Shown here: positions 37,976 to 51,500 of the stretch, in pieces | How the letters are laid out: each line of letters begins with the position of its first letter | How positions within the stretch are numbered: the stretch's first letter is position 1 | Assembly (NCBI GenBank): GCA_964016885.1 | Contig: OZ024746.1 | Location: 34,472,001-34,536,000, forward strand | Direction: 5' to 3' | Origin: Eledone cirrhosa | Taxonomy: Eukaryota | Length of the DNA stretch: 64,000 bases | Program-made: the position numbers and the translations under genes | The notes under the pieces: generated by a model | What the model saw: only the letters and a program-made list of their open reading frames with translations | What the model was told of the DNA's origin: nothing | Database searches by the model: none

Positions 37976-40900
37976 GCCAAAAGTACACAGCCATAAACAT
38001 GGCAAAAAAAGAACTCATACAATATATAAAGCAGCACACAGACATCACAGAAAAAAACTACTACACCCCACCAACACCAATAACTCTCCCGACAAAAACA
38101 AAAATTCCCCAACGCTGTTGGAGACTTCAGAGGGTCGGTTACCAAGAGGATATACACCGACATCCTCCTGGAAACACTCATGACCAGCGAAAGGGACGGT
38201 TCTACTGTCCCTTCACCACATGATCAAGGTAAGTGACCCTTTCTCACTTGCCCCGTTTCTCATCCAGCATGGCCGTACTCAGAATAGGCAGTATGAATGC
38301 ATGTGGCCTGGTGTCATCTCGGAAGCAGGGTCACCTGCTCAACGACTCCAGGTCACTAAACGTAGATGTGGTGGCCATCAGTGAAACCAAAATCTCCGAA
38401 GCACAAGCCTTCGCACCGATCTTCGGTGACTACGATGTATACGCATCTCCCAGCCGTCCAGAATCGGGGGGAGGGGTTGCCATCCTTTTTAGGAGAGACT
38501 TGGATCTAGCGATACGGGCCATCTTCCTTGACCCAGAAGGTAAGTCGGTGGTGCTGGACGTGTCCGGCTATGAAGGCAATGCTTTCAGACTAGTAGCCGT
38601 CTACGCCCCAACAGGGGCAGGAAGGACATATTTCTTCAGGCGTCTAGAGACCTTTCTTGGAACGTCTCCCTCTCTAGTGTTAGTGGGCGACTGGAAAGGT
38701 ATCTTGGATGCACGCTGTAATCGTGTGGGGCTAGTGGATAGGGGGGGGGGGGGTACAAAGCCTCACCAACCTGCTCAGACGTTTTGAACTGTCTGACAGG
38801 TATCGACTGGATCACCCGAATGTGCCAATGTGGACATGGACAAACCGCATCGGGTCATCCGGATCGTATCTCGATAGGGTATTCTGCAGAGAACTAGATA
38901 AGGCTAGTGTAAGTTGTCCACAATTTAAAATAGTCGACTACACAGACCACAAATTTGTGATCTGTGAGATCGACATAGACAGACTTCATAGACAAGGGCC
39001 TGGTTACTGGAAGCTGAACGCGTCTTTCCCGGCGCGCAAAGCCTACAGAGACCAGATTGGCGTATTAGTTAAGCGGGCGTTGACGGGAGCTGTCGTCAAC
39101 AACAGGTGGTGGTTCGCCCTGAAAAGGGCAATTAAAGTAGAGTCGATTAGGTTTAGCAAAGGAGTAATGATAGAGGAAAATAGAGTAGAGGGAGAGCTAG
39201 TCAGAAAGCTAGAAGAGGCGTTTAGGACAGGCATCGCAACCGATGTGCTGGCGGCGAGATTGGCACTCGACCAATTCTTCAATGCAAAACACGAAGGCTG
39301 CGTTGTCAGAGCTAGAGCGCGTGCTCTGAAACACGAGGGGACAAAAGCCGTCCAATGGGCACGGGTGGCAGAGGCGCGATGTAGCAACAAAGCCACAATT
39401 CGGTCTTTGTCTGACCAAAACGGGTGCGTGATGCTCGAACCCGAGCGAAGGTGTGAAGCTTTTCAGCAGCACTTTGCTGAACTGTTGGGGAGCGACGGCC
39501 AGTATCGGGGCATGGATTTCATAGCATACCTCGACGGACTGCCTCGGCTCTCGACGACCGCAGCACAGTGTTGCGAAAAACCAATAACAGCCGGTGAAAT
39601 ACGGGAAGCGATGGCTAAACTGAACAAGGAGTAAATCGCCAGGTTTGGATGGTCTGCCCTACGATCTTTAAGAATTTATGCCAGACTGGTTCAGTGACCT
39701 CTTGGCAGATGTCTACTGCAACTGGCAGCAGAACGGGAGCATTCCCAGTTTTGTGAGCCGGGGAGCAGTGGCGTTGCTGAGAAAGACCCGAACAACGGGT
39801 ATGTTTTCGATAATTTCAGGCCCATAACCCTGCTAAACTCAGAGTTCAAGATTTTGGCCAATGTGGTTGGAGAGGCACAGACATGCGCCATTCCGGACAG
39901 ATCCATACACGATAACCTTCACCTCATCTTATAGAGGGTGGTTAAGGAACCTGGCACGGGTGGGGCCCTGATCAACATGGATCAATCAAAAGCATTCGAT
40001 AAGGTGGACCATCGGTACCTGGCGGTGGTCCTCGAGGCAGCCGGTTTCGGGCGCATTTTCAGTGTTTGGATAGCAGCAATGCACAGCGACATCTGCTCAG
40101 TTGTGAGGGTGAACGGTCACCTGTCGCAGCCGTTCAGCCTCATGCGCTCAGTCCGCCAGGGTTGTCGCCTCTCGTCCCTCTTGTACGTATTGGTTCTCGA
40201 ACCGTTACTGCACAAACCGGGGGCGATAAGGGGCGTCCCACGCGAACTAGGATGCGGGAAATCCGAGTCGGCTTACGCTGACGACGTCACCGTGGTGGTG
40301 TCGAGAACCAGACCTGTCCAGATGCTTGGCACCGCTCTCACCGAATACGAAGCGGTGACAGGAGCAAAGATAAACCAGGAAAAGTCGGTGGGCTTGCAGC
40401 TCGGCACCTGGAGAGGCAAGTCCATGTCTTCCGACAGCGTCGTGGGGCGTTGGACAGGCGGACCGGTTAAATTGCTCGGGGTCTGCTTCGGACCGGACCT
40501 CCAGACAGACAAAAACAGGGACGAGGTGACGAGCAGCGTGGCTTCTCTCACCCAGAAATTGGCGGAGAGGAAGCTGTCCCTGAAAGGCCGAGCGGAGATG
40601 GCGAATGTGTACATCGCATCCGTCATCTGCTCCCGCCTCACCGTCGTCCCTTGCTCCAGCCCAACTCTCACCAAAATGGAGCACCTCCTCTTCCGCTTTT
40701 TGTGGAAGAGACGCGCTCCCATGGTCAGACGATCCATCTGCGTGGAGGATTGGGCATGCCATGGCTGATGATACGCAAACATGCGCTGAGGCTGCGACAT
40801 CTCTACTGCTTCCTTGATGGCGAACAGGTGTGGTCGCTGTTCGCCAGTAACGTTTTCCCACAGAACTGCAGTCCTGGGTCAGAAAAAGACCGAGGGATAG

Positions 40901-41927
40901 TGCTTGGAAACTAGAATGTCTCCAGGCGGTCACTGCCATCTGCCAGCTGGGCACCAGTATCGGTGGAACATCCAACTCGGAGTTCTATAGAAGACTAGTG
41001 GAGAGGAAGAGCGACGACATTCTCGGACAGATCCTGGGCGTCGAAGAAGATCAGCTGTTTGCTCTCTTCCGGAGAACTTTCAGCCCGGGGCCTATGGATA
41101 ACTTCCAAAAATCCATGGCCTGGCAGTGCTACCGGGGAGCACAGCTGGTTTGACATAAGCTCTAGAGGCACGGAAGTGCCATCAGCCGAGCCTGTCCGAG
41201 ATGCGCGCAGAGCGACGAAACCGTCGTGCAGGCACTCGTTCAGTGCCCGAGCATTGCTGACTTGTGGAGCTATGTCGAACAGTTGCTGTCGCGTGTGGGA
41301 CTGATCCGGTTGTCGACTGAGTCCATTGTGTAGATGGTCTCCCCGTGTTCCTTCGAGGAGGAAGGGCAGGCGGTTTTCATCTGCCTGGTGGTCATGGCGA
41401 AAGAGATAGTTTGGTGGACAACCTTAAATGGGTTAAAGACAGACACTTTCCTCTTCGGCGAGTCCCCAATTAACTTTTTCAAGTTTCACTTGAAGAAGGA
41501 AGTTCAGGGTGGAGAGGCAAGTGCTGCTTTCTAGCAAGTTTGTTGAAAGGTGGGTGAATGTAGCGAGAATGGACCGAGTGAAAGCGACCACTCTGAATAT
41601 ACGTCTGTAGTTTGAGAGATGGAAACATTGAGAGAGGGCGTTTGCCCTGGTGGTCAGGGTGGCCGTGGTCTTTTGTGTGGTTTTCGCCACGAGTAACTCT
41701 CGGAGGTTTCCCCCCTATTGCGTAATTTTTCATTGTTTCAATTTTCATTTTTATTGTTTATATATATGTTTCTATGTCCTTTATTTTTTCTTCTTTTCTT
41801 ATATAAATAATTAAAATATTTTCACGCACAAAACCCACATCGTACCGTCCTGTACCGTCCTGTGCCGTCTGTAATGTTTTTCTTGATGTCAGCCCTTTTG
41901 CCCAATAAAGAAATCATTATCATTATT
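37976..41927 (+). mobile_element. L1-Tx1 LINE, copy 2 (5'-truncated within ORF1; full but frameshifted ORF2 at 38269-41610)
   Basis: APE domain, RT (DQSKAFDKVDH, VRQGC, AYADD), C-terminal CPRC...ET..(H)..VQC, and 3' end gcccttttgcccAATAAAgaaatc(att)n. Confidence 0.95.
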
Positions 41928-42282
41928 CTCCTCTTGGTCGAGATAAAATTTGGTCGGTCTGACTGCTGCTATTTATAGTGGTAGTAGACTGACCTCCCAG
42001 CCTCTGCTTCTATCTTTACACACGGCACTGGACAGAATTGCTTCCACAGCATTCATTCTCATCTCGGGAACAATTTTGAATAGCGCCAGTTCGTAATTTG
42101 AACTCGGGAATTCTCCGAGTGAAAAGAACCTTCTGACGAGAGTTTATCTTTACAATGGAAGGCCGCAAGGACTGCCCATTTATTTTTGAGACTCGAAACC
42201 GATTCGGTAAATGTAACAATAGTGAGTACAGTGAATTTTTTAAAATTTGCTTTGAAACCTTTTCTTATTTGCTAAACCTTGA

Positions 42283-42339
<57 letters not shown>

Positions 42340-42342
<3 letters not shown>

Positions 42343-45300
42343 CCGGATGAAACACAGGCACAAACTAAGCATACAACACACACACAAAAGCAAGATGGCG
42401 TAGGACAGAATAAAGGAGAGGCACAAAAAAACAACAACAAAAAAACAAAGAAAAATCAAAGAAAAGGATACTCAGTCACTGAAGAGGTCACATAATGTGT
42501 GACGAAATAACATTGACAATATATAAACAACCATCTGGTTGTGGAACCAACCTACCAACCGGAAATTTATAAATTCCTAAATTTATAAATCTATTATAAT
42601 AAATTGACGTGAAAGCAAATGGTGCATGTGTTTGTGTGTATATATATATATATATATATATTATATTTCGTTTCTGAATTTGTTTAGCAAGATTCTTTAT
42701 CTGAAAACGTGTGTTGAAACTGATAGTGTTTTGGGAGGGTCATGTTGCCAATAAGAAACTCACGCACCAGTTGCTTTCACTTCAATTTATTATAATAAAT
42801 TTATAAATTTAGGAATTTATAATTTTCCGGTTCGTTGGTTGGTTCCACAAACAGATGGTTGTTTATATATTGTCATAAAAGAATGTGTCTCGTCCCGAGT
42901 TTACACCAACACCATCAACACCGATGTAAGAAGATTACAGCTCAACAAAAATCAAGCAGATAGGCTAAAACATACACTAATTCTAAACATAAAAAAGAAG
43001 ATTTATAGAGAATTAAGTCATCAAGAAAAACATAACCGTAACCTAATACAAGAAATAACTAAGATCACCACACCAAGAGAAAAACTAATATTTATAAACC
43101 TTATATGTCCTGAAGAAACAGTACATTGTTCAAGAATGTGACAAGCACATTAACAATAAACTCAAGTGGCTCAAACATATAAAACTAAATCAAGATACTT
43201 TAGAGAATATCAATAGATATCCCGACAAAATTAAAGGTATAAATATGGCTGACATCTCATTAACAGATGAATTCAACAACTACAACACAAATATATACGG
43301 CAACACTACGGTCGACCCTGATGAATTATCTGTATTACAACTGCCACCTAATTATGCCACATTTAATAAGGTAAATATGATTAAATGCTTGTCAGAAATA
43401 GAACAATCATTTACAAAATTACGTTGGAGCCTCAAATACAAAAATAAAAACAAAAACAAAAGTAACAACATACGCACACACACACACACATACAACACAC
43501 ATCCCAACAACAACATACACACATACACAAACAAAAATAACAACGACACACACATCAACAATAATAACATACTCAGAAACAACAACAGGCACGCAGACAC
43601 AAACAATAATAACATACACGGAGACAACAACAACAACACACATCAACAACAGCACACATCAACAACAACAACAACAACAACACACACACATTCAATGCCT
43701 CTCACCACCACCACAATCTTAACAAACACACAGCCACAGAAAATAGGTAATGACAGTAGCACAGAAATAAGGGAAGGTAATAGGATTGATAGGAGAAGGG
43801 AAACTATGGACAGAGAAAATAACCAAGACGAACACACAGACACAGTAAATAGAGTAGATAATAACAATGAGCCAGAGGAAAGAGACAGGAGTAATAATGA
43901 GAGACATAGTAACAACAATGAGGCTGTTGGTGGAAATAGAAATAGACAAAACATAACTAACAATAACAATAGCACTAGTACACATAGAGCAGCAGCCTGG
44001 AACTCTACATTTTATAATCCCTCCGATAAGTCGTTCGACCTGCGACGAGTCCACTCCACGACTTTAGATTTTAACAAACGGACGCAATAACCGTCGCAGG
44101 TCGATGAACAAACAGAAGCACAATTTAGTATAGCTAGATCTAAACTTAGAAATATTATAGAACAGTATAGCAAGAAGCATAATAGAAACAGGGAGACCCA
44201 GCAACTGGGAGAAAAATCTGCAAATGGCTTGCGTAAGCTCATGCAGTGCTCGCGTAATGGAGAGATAGCATGATTTCCAACATACAAGTCTGGCAGAATG
44301 TCGGTTGCCAGTCTGCCAACTACATCGAGGCAATGCAACCCCACATCACTAACACAAGAGAAGTAACACCACAAGACCATGAGGATAGAGAAAAAGCCCT
44401 CAATGCCCATATGATGGTGTGGACAAATATAATGCAGCCCAACAAAAGGACTGCCAACAACTTTCATGCCTGGAACAATGACGTGTCAGCGTTGTATGGG
44501 CTTCGAAAAGACCATAAAACGAGCAATGGCCCTGTCAAAGGACCACCAACACGGCCAGTCTGTGGAGCTAACATTGCTAGTAACTACAGACTGTCCTACT
44601 TCCTCTCCCTGATCATACGCCCCATCATTGAAATGTCCCCAGATGTATGTGACAGCACGGAGGACCTCCTCAGCAAAATCGGTGAGGGTAACCGATCTAG
44701 GGATCTAACAAACTGCATACTATTTAGTATGGATGTTGTGTCCCTGTATCCATCTATTGACGTGGATTTTGCTGTGGAAAAATGCGTAGAAATGATCAGT
44801 GAGAGCAATGTTGAATTCCGTGGGATTGATATCAGTGAGCTGGGACTCCTACTTAAACTTACCTATAGTAATAATTATCGAGACACATATGATCTTAGCA
44901 ACCTGTGCCCTACAAGACCAGCAAGAGGCAGACCACCTACCATTACCTCAATGGCCAAGAAAACCCACCAAGATAGATGGAACGGGTGGACCAGAGCCAT
45001 ACGGACACCCGCAAACCACAATGAACTAAAGAAAATGATTGCACATGCGGTGGGGGACAGCATAAAATCAAACCTTAAGAAAGCTATGTACACATTTAAT
45101 GGAAAAACATATGCCCGAGAGGAGGCAGCAGCCATTGGTGTTAGCATTACAGGCGACATAGCTAACTTATTCATGGTATGGTGGGACAGTAGACTTAAAC
45201 TTAAAATTAAAGAACAATAAGAAGACCCCCTTAACCCTGATAATGTATCCCGCTACGTTGATGATATAAACATCGTAGTTAAAACACCCCCACTAGAGAA

Positions 45301-46780
45301 CAGTCAGTAATTAGAGAAAAAGTCAATGGAAAGCATCCAGTAAATAGCTAACTCCATCCACCAGAGTATTAGAGTTACTATAGACTACCCAAGCATACAC
45401 TCAAACCATCGATTGCCTGTACTAAACACAGAGCTCTGGTTAGATACCATTAATAACAAAAAAACAAATCCTACATTCCCATTATGCCAAACCCATGACT
45501 TCCAAATATCTGATCCACCGAAACTCAGCTGTTTTGGACCATACCAAAATCAACATACTGATTGCGGATTTGGTACGGGTGATGAGAAACGTGTCCCGCA
45601 TGTGCAACCCCGAAGAACTAGAGAGACACATACAACAGTTCATCCACCGTATGCAGTTCTCTGGTTACAATCAGAGAGATAAAATCAGAGTGTATAGAGG
45701 AGCCAGAACCAAATGGGAAAACATGGTAAATAATTACACAAATCGGACCTGCCCCTTGTATAGGAGCAAATTTTGGAATAGAATAGAAATAACTAGGAAT
45801 AAGGCTAATAGAATAAACTCATAGTATGATAGCAATAAATACCAGAGTGTAATGTTCATCGATACAACCCCTAGAGGTGAATTAGCTTACAAATTTAGAA
45901 GGGCCTTAGATAAATATAAACTCAATATTAAGATAGTAGAAATACCAGGTACCTCCATAAAAACACTTATTAACAAGACATACCCTTTTCAAAGACTTGC
46001 CTATATAGATAAGAAATGTATAATCTGTAAAATATTAACTGTAAAACTAGAAATGTAGTATATAGCCTAAGATGTACTGAAGGACAATGTAGAAATAAAA
46101 ATATAGTGTACATAGGTGAGACAGCTCGTAGTATAGGGGAACGGATAAATGAACACTGACGAGACCTTCAAGATAGTAAAGAATCATCTGTACTCTACCA
46201 ACATGCTAAGATAGAACATAAGGGTAAATTAGAGAACATAGAAATAAAAATAGAATCTACACACAGAAAAGACGCAATGTTTAGACAATTCACAGAGGCA
46301 ATAAACATAAATGAATTACAACCAAAATTAAATAGAAAACATGAGTGGAACAGCAACATCAGAACTTACAATTAAGGACAAAATGAAAACACACACGCAC
46401 ATAGAACAAACAACCAACCAATAACATGTAAATAAACAAATAAGTAAACGAATATAAACACACACAGACACACGGATGTAACACATGCGCAAACTAAGCA
46501 CACAACACATACACAAAAACAAGATGGCGTAGGACAGAACAAAGGAGAGGCACACAAAAAACGAAAAAAAAACAAATAAAAGAATCCCCAGTCACTGAAG
46601 AGGTCACATAATGTGTGACGAAATAACTTTGACAATAGATAAACAACCATCTGGTTGTGGAACCAACCAACCGGAAATTTATAAATTCGTAAATTTATAA
46701 ATGTATTATAATAAATTGAAGTGAAAGCAACTGGTGCGTGTGTTTCTTATTGTCAACTTGACCCTTCCAAAGTATAACTA
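42340..46780 (+). mobile_element. Near-complete Penelope-like element (Neptune-like CxxC linker) with direct and inverted pLTRs
   Basis: RT (SMDVVSLYPSI, AIGVSITGDIANLFM, RYVDDI) and GIY-YIG (NVVYSLRC...YIGETARSIGERINEH...RQFTEA...LNRKHEW). pLTR 42340-42635 matches 46470-46745, with an inverted partial copy at 42730-42874. Many stops. Confidence 0.93.
42475..42517 (+). ncRNA. Hammerhead motif in the 5' pLTR (second copy at 46591-46633)
   Basis: gtca CTGAAGA g gtcacataatgtgtgac GAAA taac(a/t)t tgac. Stem III is degenerate. Confidence 0.7.
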
Positions 46781-46861
<81 letters not shown>

Positions 46862-47864
46862 ATATACATATATATATATACATATATATACATGTATATA
46901 TATACATATATATAAATATATATGTATATATATTTACATATATGGAGAGAGAGACAAAAAAAAGGAAAAAAATATATTTGTCTTCCTCATAATCGTCTCT
47001 TTCTCCCTGTTTTCATATATATATATATATATATATATTATGCATTCGATCAAACAAGTGAAATAAAATTTATAAGTGCAGGAAAAGTTACATTTGGTCT
47101 AAGTCTGATAATCAGTATGGCTATTTACTTCAAAACATTGGAGCCGTACTGAAATGGGAATCGTTAGCTAACCCCATCATTACATATTATGTCATTATAG
47201 AATCACGTGAATAGGACTAACATATATGTTGTAAATTACATGTGAACATTTGTTTATACTGAAATTACACCGGATTGAACTCTGGAGTGTATATATATAT
47301 ATATATATAATTAAAATGTGGGTCCAAACGACCAGGGGTGTGCAGACCGATATATATTGTTGCTTGTGTGAGTCGATACATAGACAATGAGCTAGAGGGA
47401 TATATGTCGCTGCGAGAATTTGGTTTGTGGAAAAAAGAAACGTATCTTCAATCAACGGGGACAAAATATCATCGAACGTTCAAGATTGAAGTTCATGCAG
47501 GAGTGTTCGCCTATCGAAGCATGTTTGAGAGAATAAACCTATATTTAAGACTGATTCAAGCTTTATGAATATATTGCATTTGGTTTGGGCGTTATCTATA
47601 AAACGCCATAGTGAATATAACGTATATGTTGTGATCACGAGATATCTTCATGACAAAGCATCTTCACAGAAGTCAAATTAAGAAAGAAGAAAAATGTAAG
47701 AAATACGACTGTCATCAAAGTCTACAGTGAAACTGCCCAGGAGGTACGTTCAGAATAAATCACATACATACATATGATGTCTCCCTGTCTAAGTACGTTG
47801 TCTAAACAAACACCGCCCCAATATATATATATATATAAATTTACCTACCTATCTATCTTTCTCT

Positions 47865-48004
<140 letters not shown>

Positions 48005-48571
48005 TACATGCATATGCATACATATATATGTGCGTGTGTCTTTATGATATAAGTTAACATGAAAAGAAACTATACAGACTGAATTTGACACAATAATGAT
48101 ATGTTAGTTTAATTCCCAACAGTTAGTAACAGTCTTCTTAGTTTCGGGTGGACGTGAACCGTCGGAAGACAAAGGAATAGAGAATAGTGTATGTTTCGAA
48201 AATTGAAAAAACAAAATACAGAAAAAAATGACAACAATGTATACAGTGTAAAAAGAGAAAGAAAACACATGGTGCTAATCAGCAAGCCATATATACATGA
48301 GATCCAGATCGTAAACACTAGATCTTCACCACGATATTGTTTATGAGTGTGCATGAATGTGTGTGTGTGTGTGCACGGAAATGTGATCTATCGTATGTTT
48401 CCTCATTATACACAATATATTGTTGTTATGGATAAATCTAACTAGTTTGCGCAATCTAATGCTGCTAGTCAAATGTTTGACACATAACTATGCTCAGCAT
48501 ACATGTGTTGCGGGTCCGTTGGTAGTAGCAGCAGTAGTAGTTGTCGTATTATTATTATTATTATTATTATT

Positions 48572-51500
48572 GGTCTAAGCGGACGTATTTTGCTCGCTCC
48601 CAGTAAGTCGTTTTATTTGCCTGTTAAAATTGTTTGTTGTTAAATATATCTTGTCGTGTAAGGGATATAAGCCCTTAGACTTTGCCCTGTGAAGGGGAAA
48701 GCATAATATTTGGGCCTTTTGGCCCAAATATTTGAATTTTTTTACATGTTAAAGCATTTACGGAGAAAAAAAAAAGATGGCTGAGCCACGCCCTCCAGCG
48801 ATATGTCTGCTGTCGTGCGAAAACGACGTTGATGTTGAGAGGAACGCTAGAGCGAAATTAACACAAACACCACCACAAACAATGTAAGCAAAGACACCAA
48901 TGATACCAATGAGAACACTAATTTTGAAAAAAATGACAGTAACAGCGACAGCGAAAATACAGATAACAATTTAAAAAAATCAAATACAACAACAATATCA
49001 ACACCACTAACATGAAAACAAATAGCGACAACACCAACAATACCAACTGCACCGAGAACAACGGTGGCAACAAAGGCAACAATGATAACAGCCACAGTGC
49101 TAACAACAACACTAACAAGAACAACGACAACGACCACAACAACACCAACGAAAACAAGAAGAACACTTTCGCTGCGGCAGCAGCAAAAAAGAGGCCATGC
49201 TTCAACATGGACCTCTCAAACAAAGATGAAAAATTAGCCTAGGCATGGAAGCTAATCAAGCAAGAGCAAACCTGGGCCAACGTAACTCTCCCGGTAGAAT
49301 CTATTGAGGCAGTGGAGCGCAGAACGGTGCATTATAGATGCATCTCAGCACAAACCAAAAGGGCAGCTTTAATTCCACAAGATGTCGAAGTCGCGCTGAG
49401 GTGCATCAGAGAAGACACCGAATATATAGAGAGGGGCAGACAGTACGGCACCATTTCGGTGTTGTTCAAGTCAGAAGCCCTCGCTATGAAACACGCTATG
49501 ACTCCTTGCAAAACCAGCAAGTTCATAATGTACCCCTCGCACATGGGTCAGTCTCCGCATTCCGAGAATCCTACCAGGACTTGACATGTAATGGCTTCTG
49601 GGATGTGTGATTGTGGAGGGGACGGATACCGTCCCTATAGAAGTGACCAGAACGGCCAGAGAGGACTGGTCCGGGGTTGACCTGGAGATCCTTCTCCAGA
49701 TCAGGCTCGAGAATGTGAAGACAATCCCGGACCACATCCGCCTTCAGAATGGGACGGTCATTCACATTATGACCGAAGGCAAAAGGCCGCAGTGTTTTGT
49801 TTGTGGGGAAAAAACCCATTTGCGAGCCTCTGCCCTCAACTGCTGAACGAGGCAAGGGGTCGAAAGGCTCCATTGCTGCCGACGCCGGCGCGAGGACCAC
49901 AACCAACACCAGCACCAGCAAAACGATCAACAACAACACCAATAGAAAGACCACCACCAACATTGACCGCCCACGGGGGAAACGAGGAAAGCTTTCAAAT
50001 TCCCTCTCCCCCCCAAAAATTACACACACCAATAAAACCATAAACATACATACAGACACACTTACAGACACAGACCCCTCATCTACCAGTACTGAAGATG
50101 AGGGAAAACCAAAATCCCCCAAAATACAAAAAAGGAAACACAAAAAGAAAAAAACAAAACTCAACAAAGCACAAAATCACCCACAATAAAATACGCAGAC
50201 ACCACCCACGCAAAGATTTCTCCAATAACACCAACATCAACACCACCAAAAACCACCACCACCACAGCCACGCGAACAAATAAAATCACACCATCAAAAC
50301 ATACAAAACTTCGTGCTCGTCAGGAGGGCCAACAAGGAACTGATGGCCCTCGTAGCACGAAGTGAAAATATACAAATAGAGGGGGACATTTTTAAATCGA
50401 GCACATTTCGCGTGCCGGAAGATTTGGTTCTGCGAATGTCGCTCGATATATTCAAATAAATACGAGACAGACAGCTTTCCTCGGGACGTGGGAACCCCGA
50501 ACGTAAAACGCACTTCAAGACTTTTAAAGGGGTTCCCAAATGAATCCACACCAACTATGGAGGTCGGACAACCCGACCTTCACAAGAGCCCGGAAGGTAT
50601 GTAAACCTTCCTCTCTCTCTTTGTAACCTGCCAACATGGCCGTATTAAAAGTAGGATGTTTAAATGTTCGAGTCCTGGGATCGTCCTTGAAGCAGGGTTA
50701 CCTGCTCAACGACCTCAGGTCTATAGAAATGGATGTAATTGCCGTCAGCGTGACCAGAATTTCCGACACGCGCGCCCTAGCCCCCATTTTCGATGACTAT
50801 CAGATATTTGCATCTGTTAGCCAGCCGGGAATGGGAGGCGGAGTGGCAGTGCTGTTTAGGAAAAGCCTGGATCTCGAGGTAAGGTCGATTCTCTGGGACT
50901 CGGACGGGAAGTTGGTGGTCCTGGACGTGAACAATAACGAAGGTTGTGCCTTTAGACTGGTGGCCGTCTATGCTCCTACTGGGGCAGGACGGCCGGATTT
51001 GTTTAGACGCCTGGAAGCCTTTCTGGGTACGTCTCGCCCTTTACTGTTAGCGGGGTACTGGAACGGCATATTAGACGCGCGCTGGGACTGTGTGGGAGTA
51101 TCCGATAGGAGCGGGGGTGCAAAAGCCTCAAGAACCTGATCAGCCAGTTCCAACTGTCTGACTGGTACCGACTAAATTTCCCTAATGCGCCAGTGTGGAC
51201 TCGGGCTAACCGCATAGGTTCATCTAGATCGTATATAGACAGGATATTCATTATGAAAATAGACAGAAATAGTGTAAGCTGTCCACGTTTTGAAACGGTC
51301 GCCTATTCAGTTCACAAGTTTGTGATCTGTATGGTCGACCTAGATAAGACGCGTAGGTTAGGACCTGGTTACTGGAAGCTAAACATGTCATTCGCGGCAC
51401 GTAAGGCTTACAGGGACGAGGTCAACAATTTAATTAAGAAACAGTTGACAGGGGGAGTCGTCAACAATAGATGGTGGGGAACTCTCAAAAGAGAGATTAT

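Noticed and set aside
38229-38267. 39-nt GT-AG intron fusing Tx1 ORF1 to ORF2
   Set aside because: The AG is present in only one of three copies and the splice would be out of frame.
40066-40975. Long antisense or alternate-frame ORFs over the Tx1 RT
   Set aside because: Expected shadows of GC-rich coding sequence.
37896-41975. 47-bp target-site duplication around Tx1 copy 2
   Set aside because: Better explained as pre-existing tandem units of the host repeat; the upstream copy is not adjacent to the junction.
46155-46160. In-frame TGA in the PLE GIY-YIG region as possible selenocysteine
   Set aside because: The element has many other TAA/TAG stops and frameshifts, and the endonuclease is C-terminal, unlike selenoprotein-coding Naiad PLEs.
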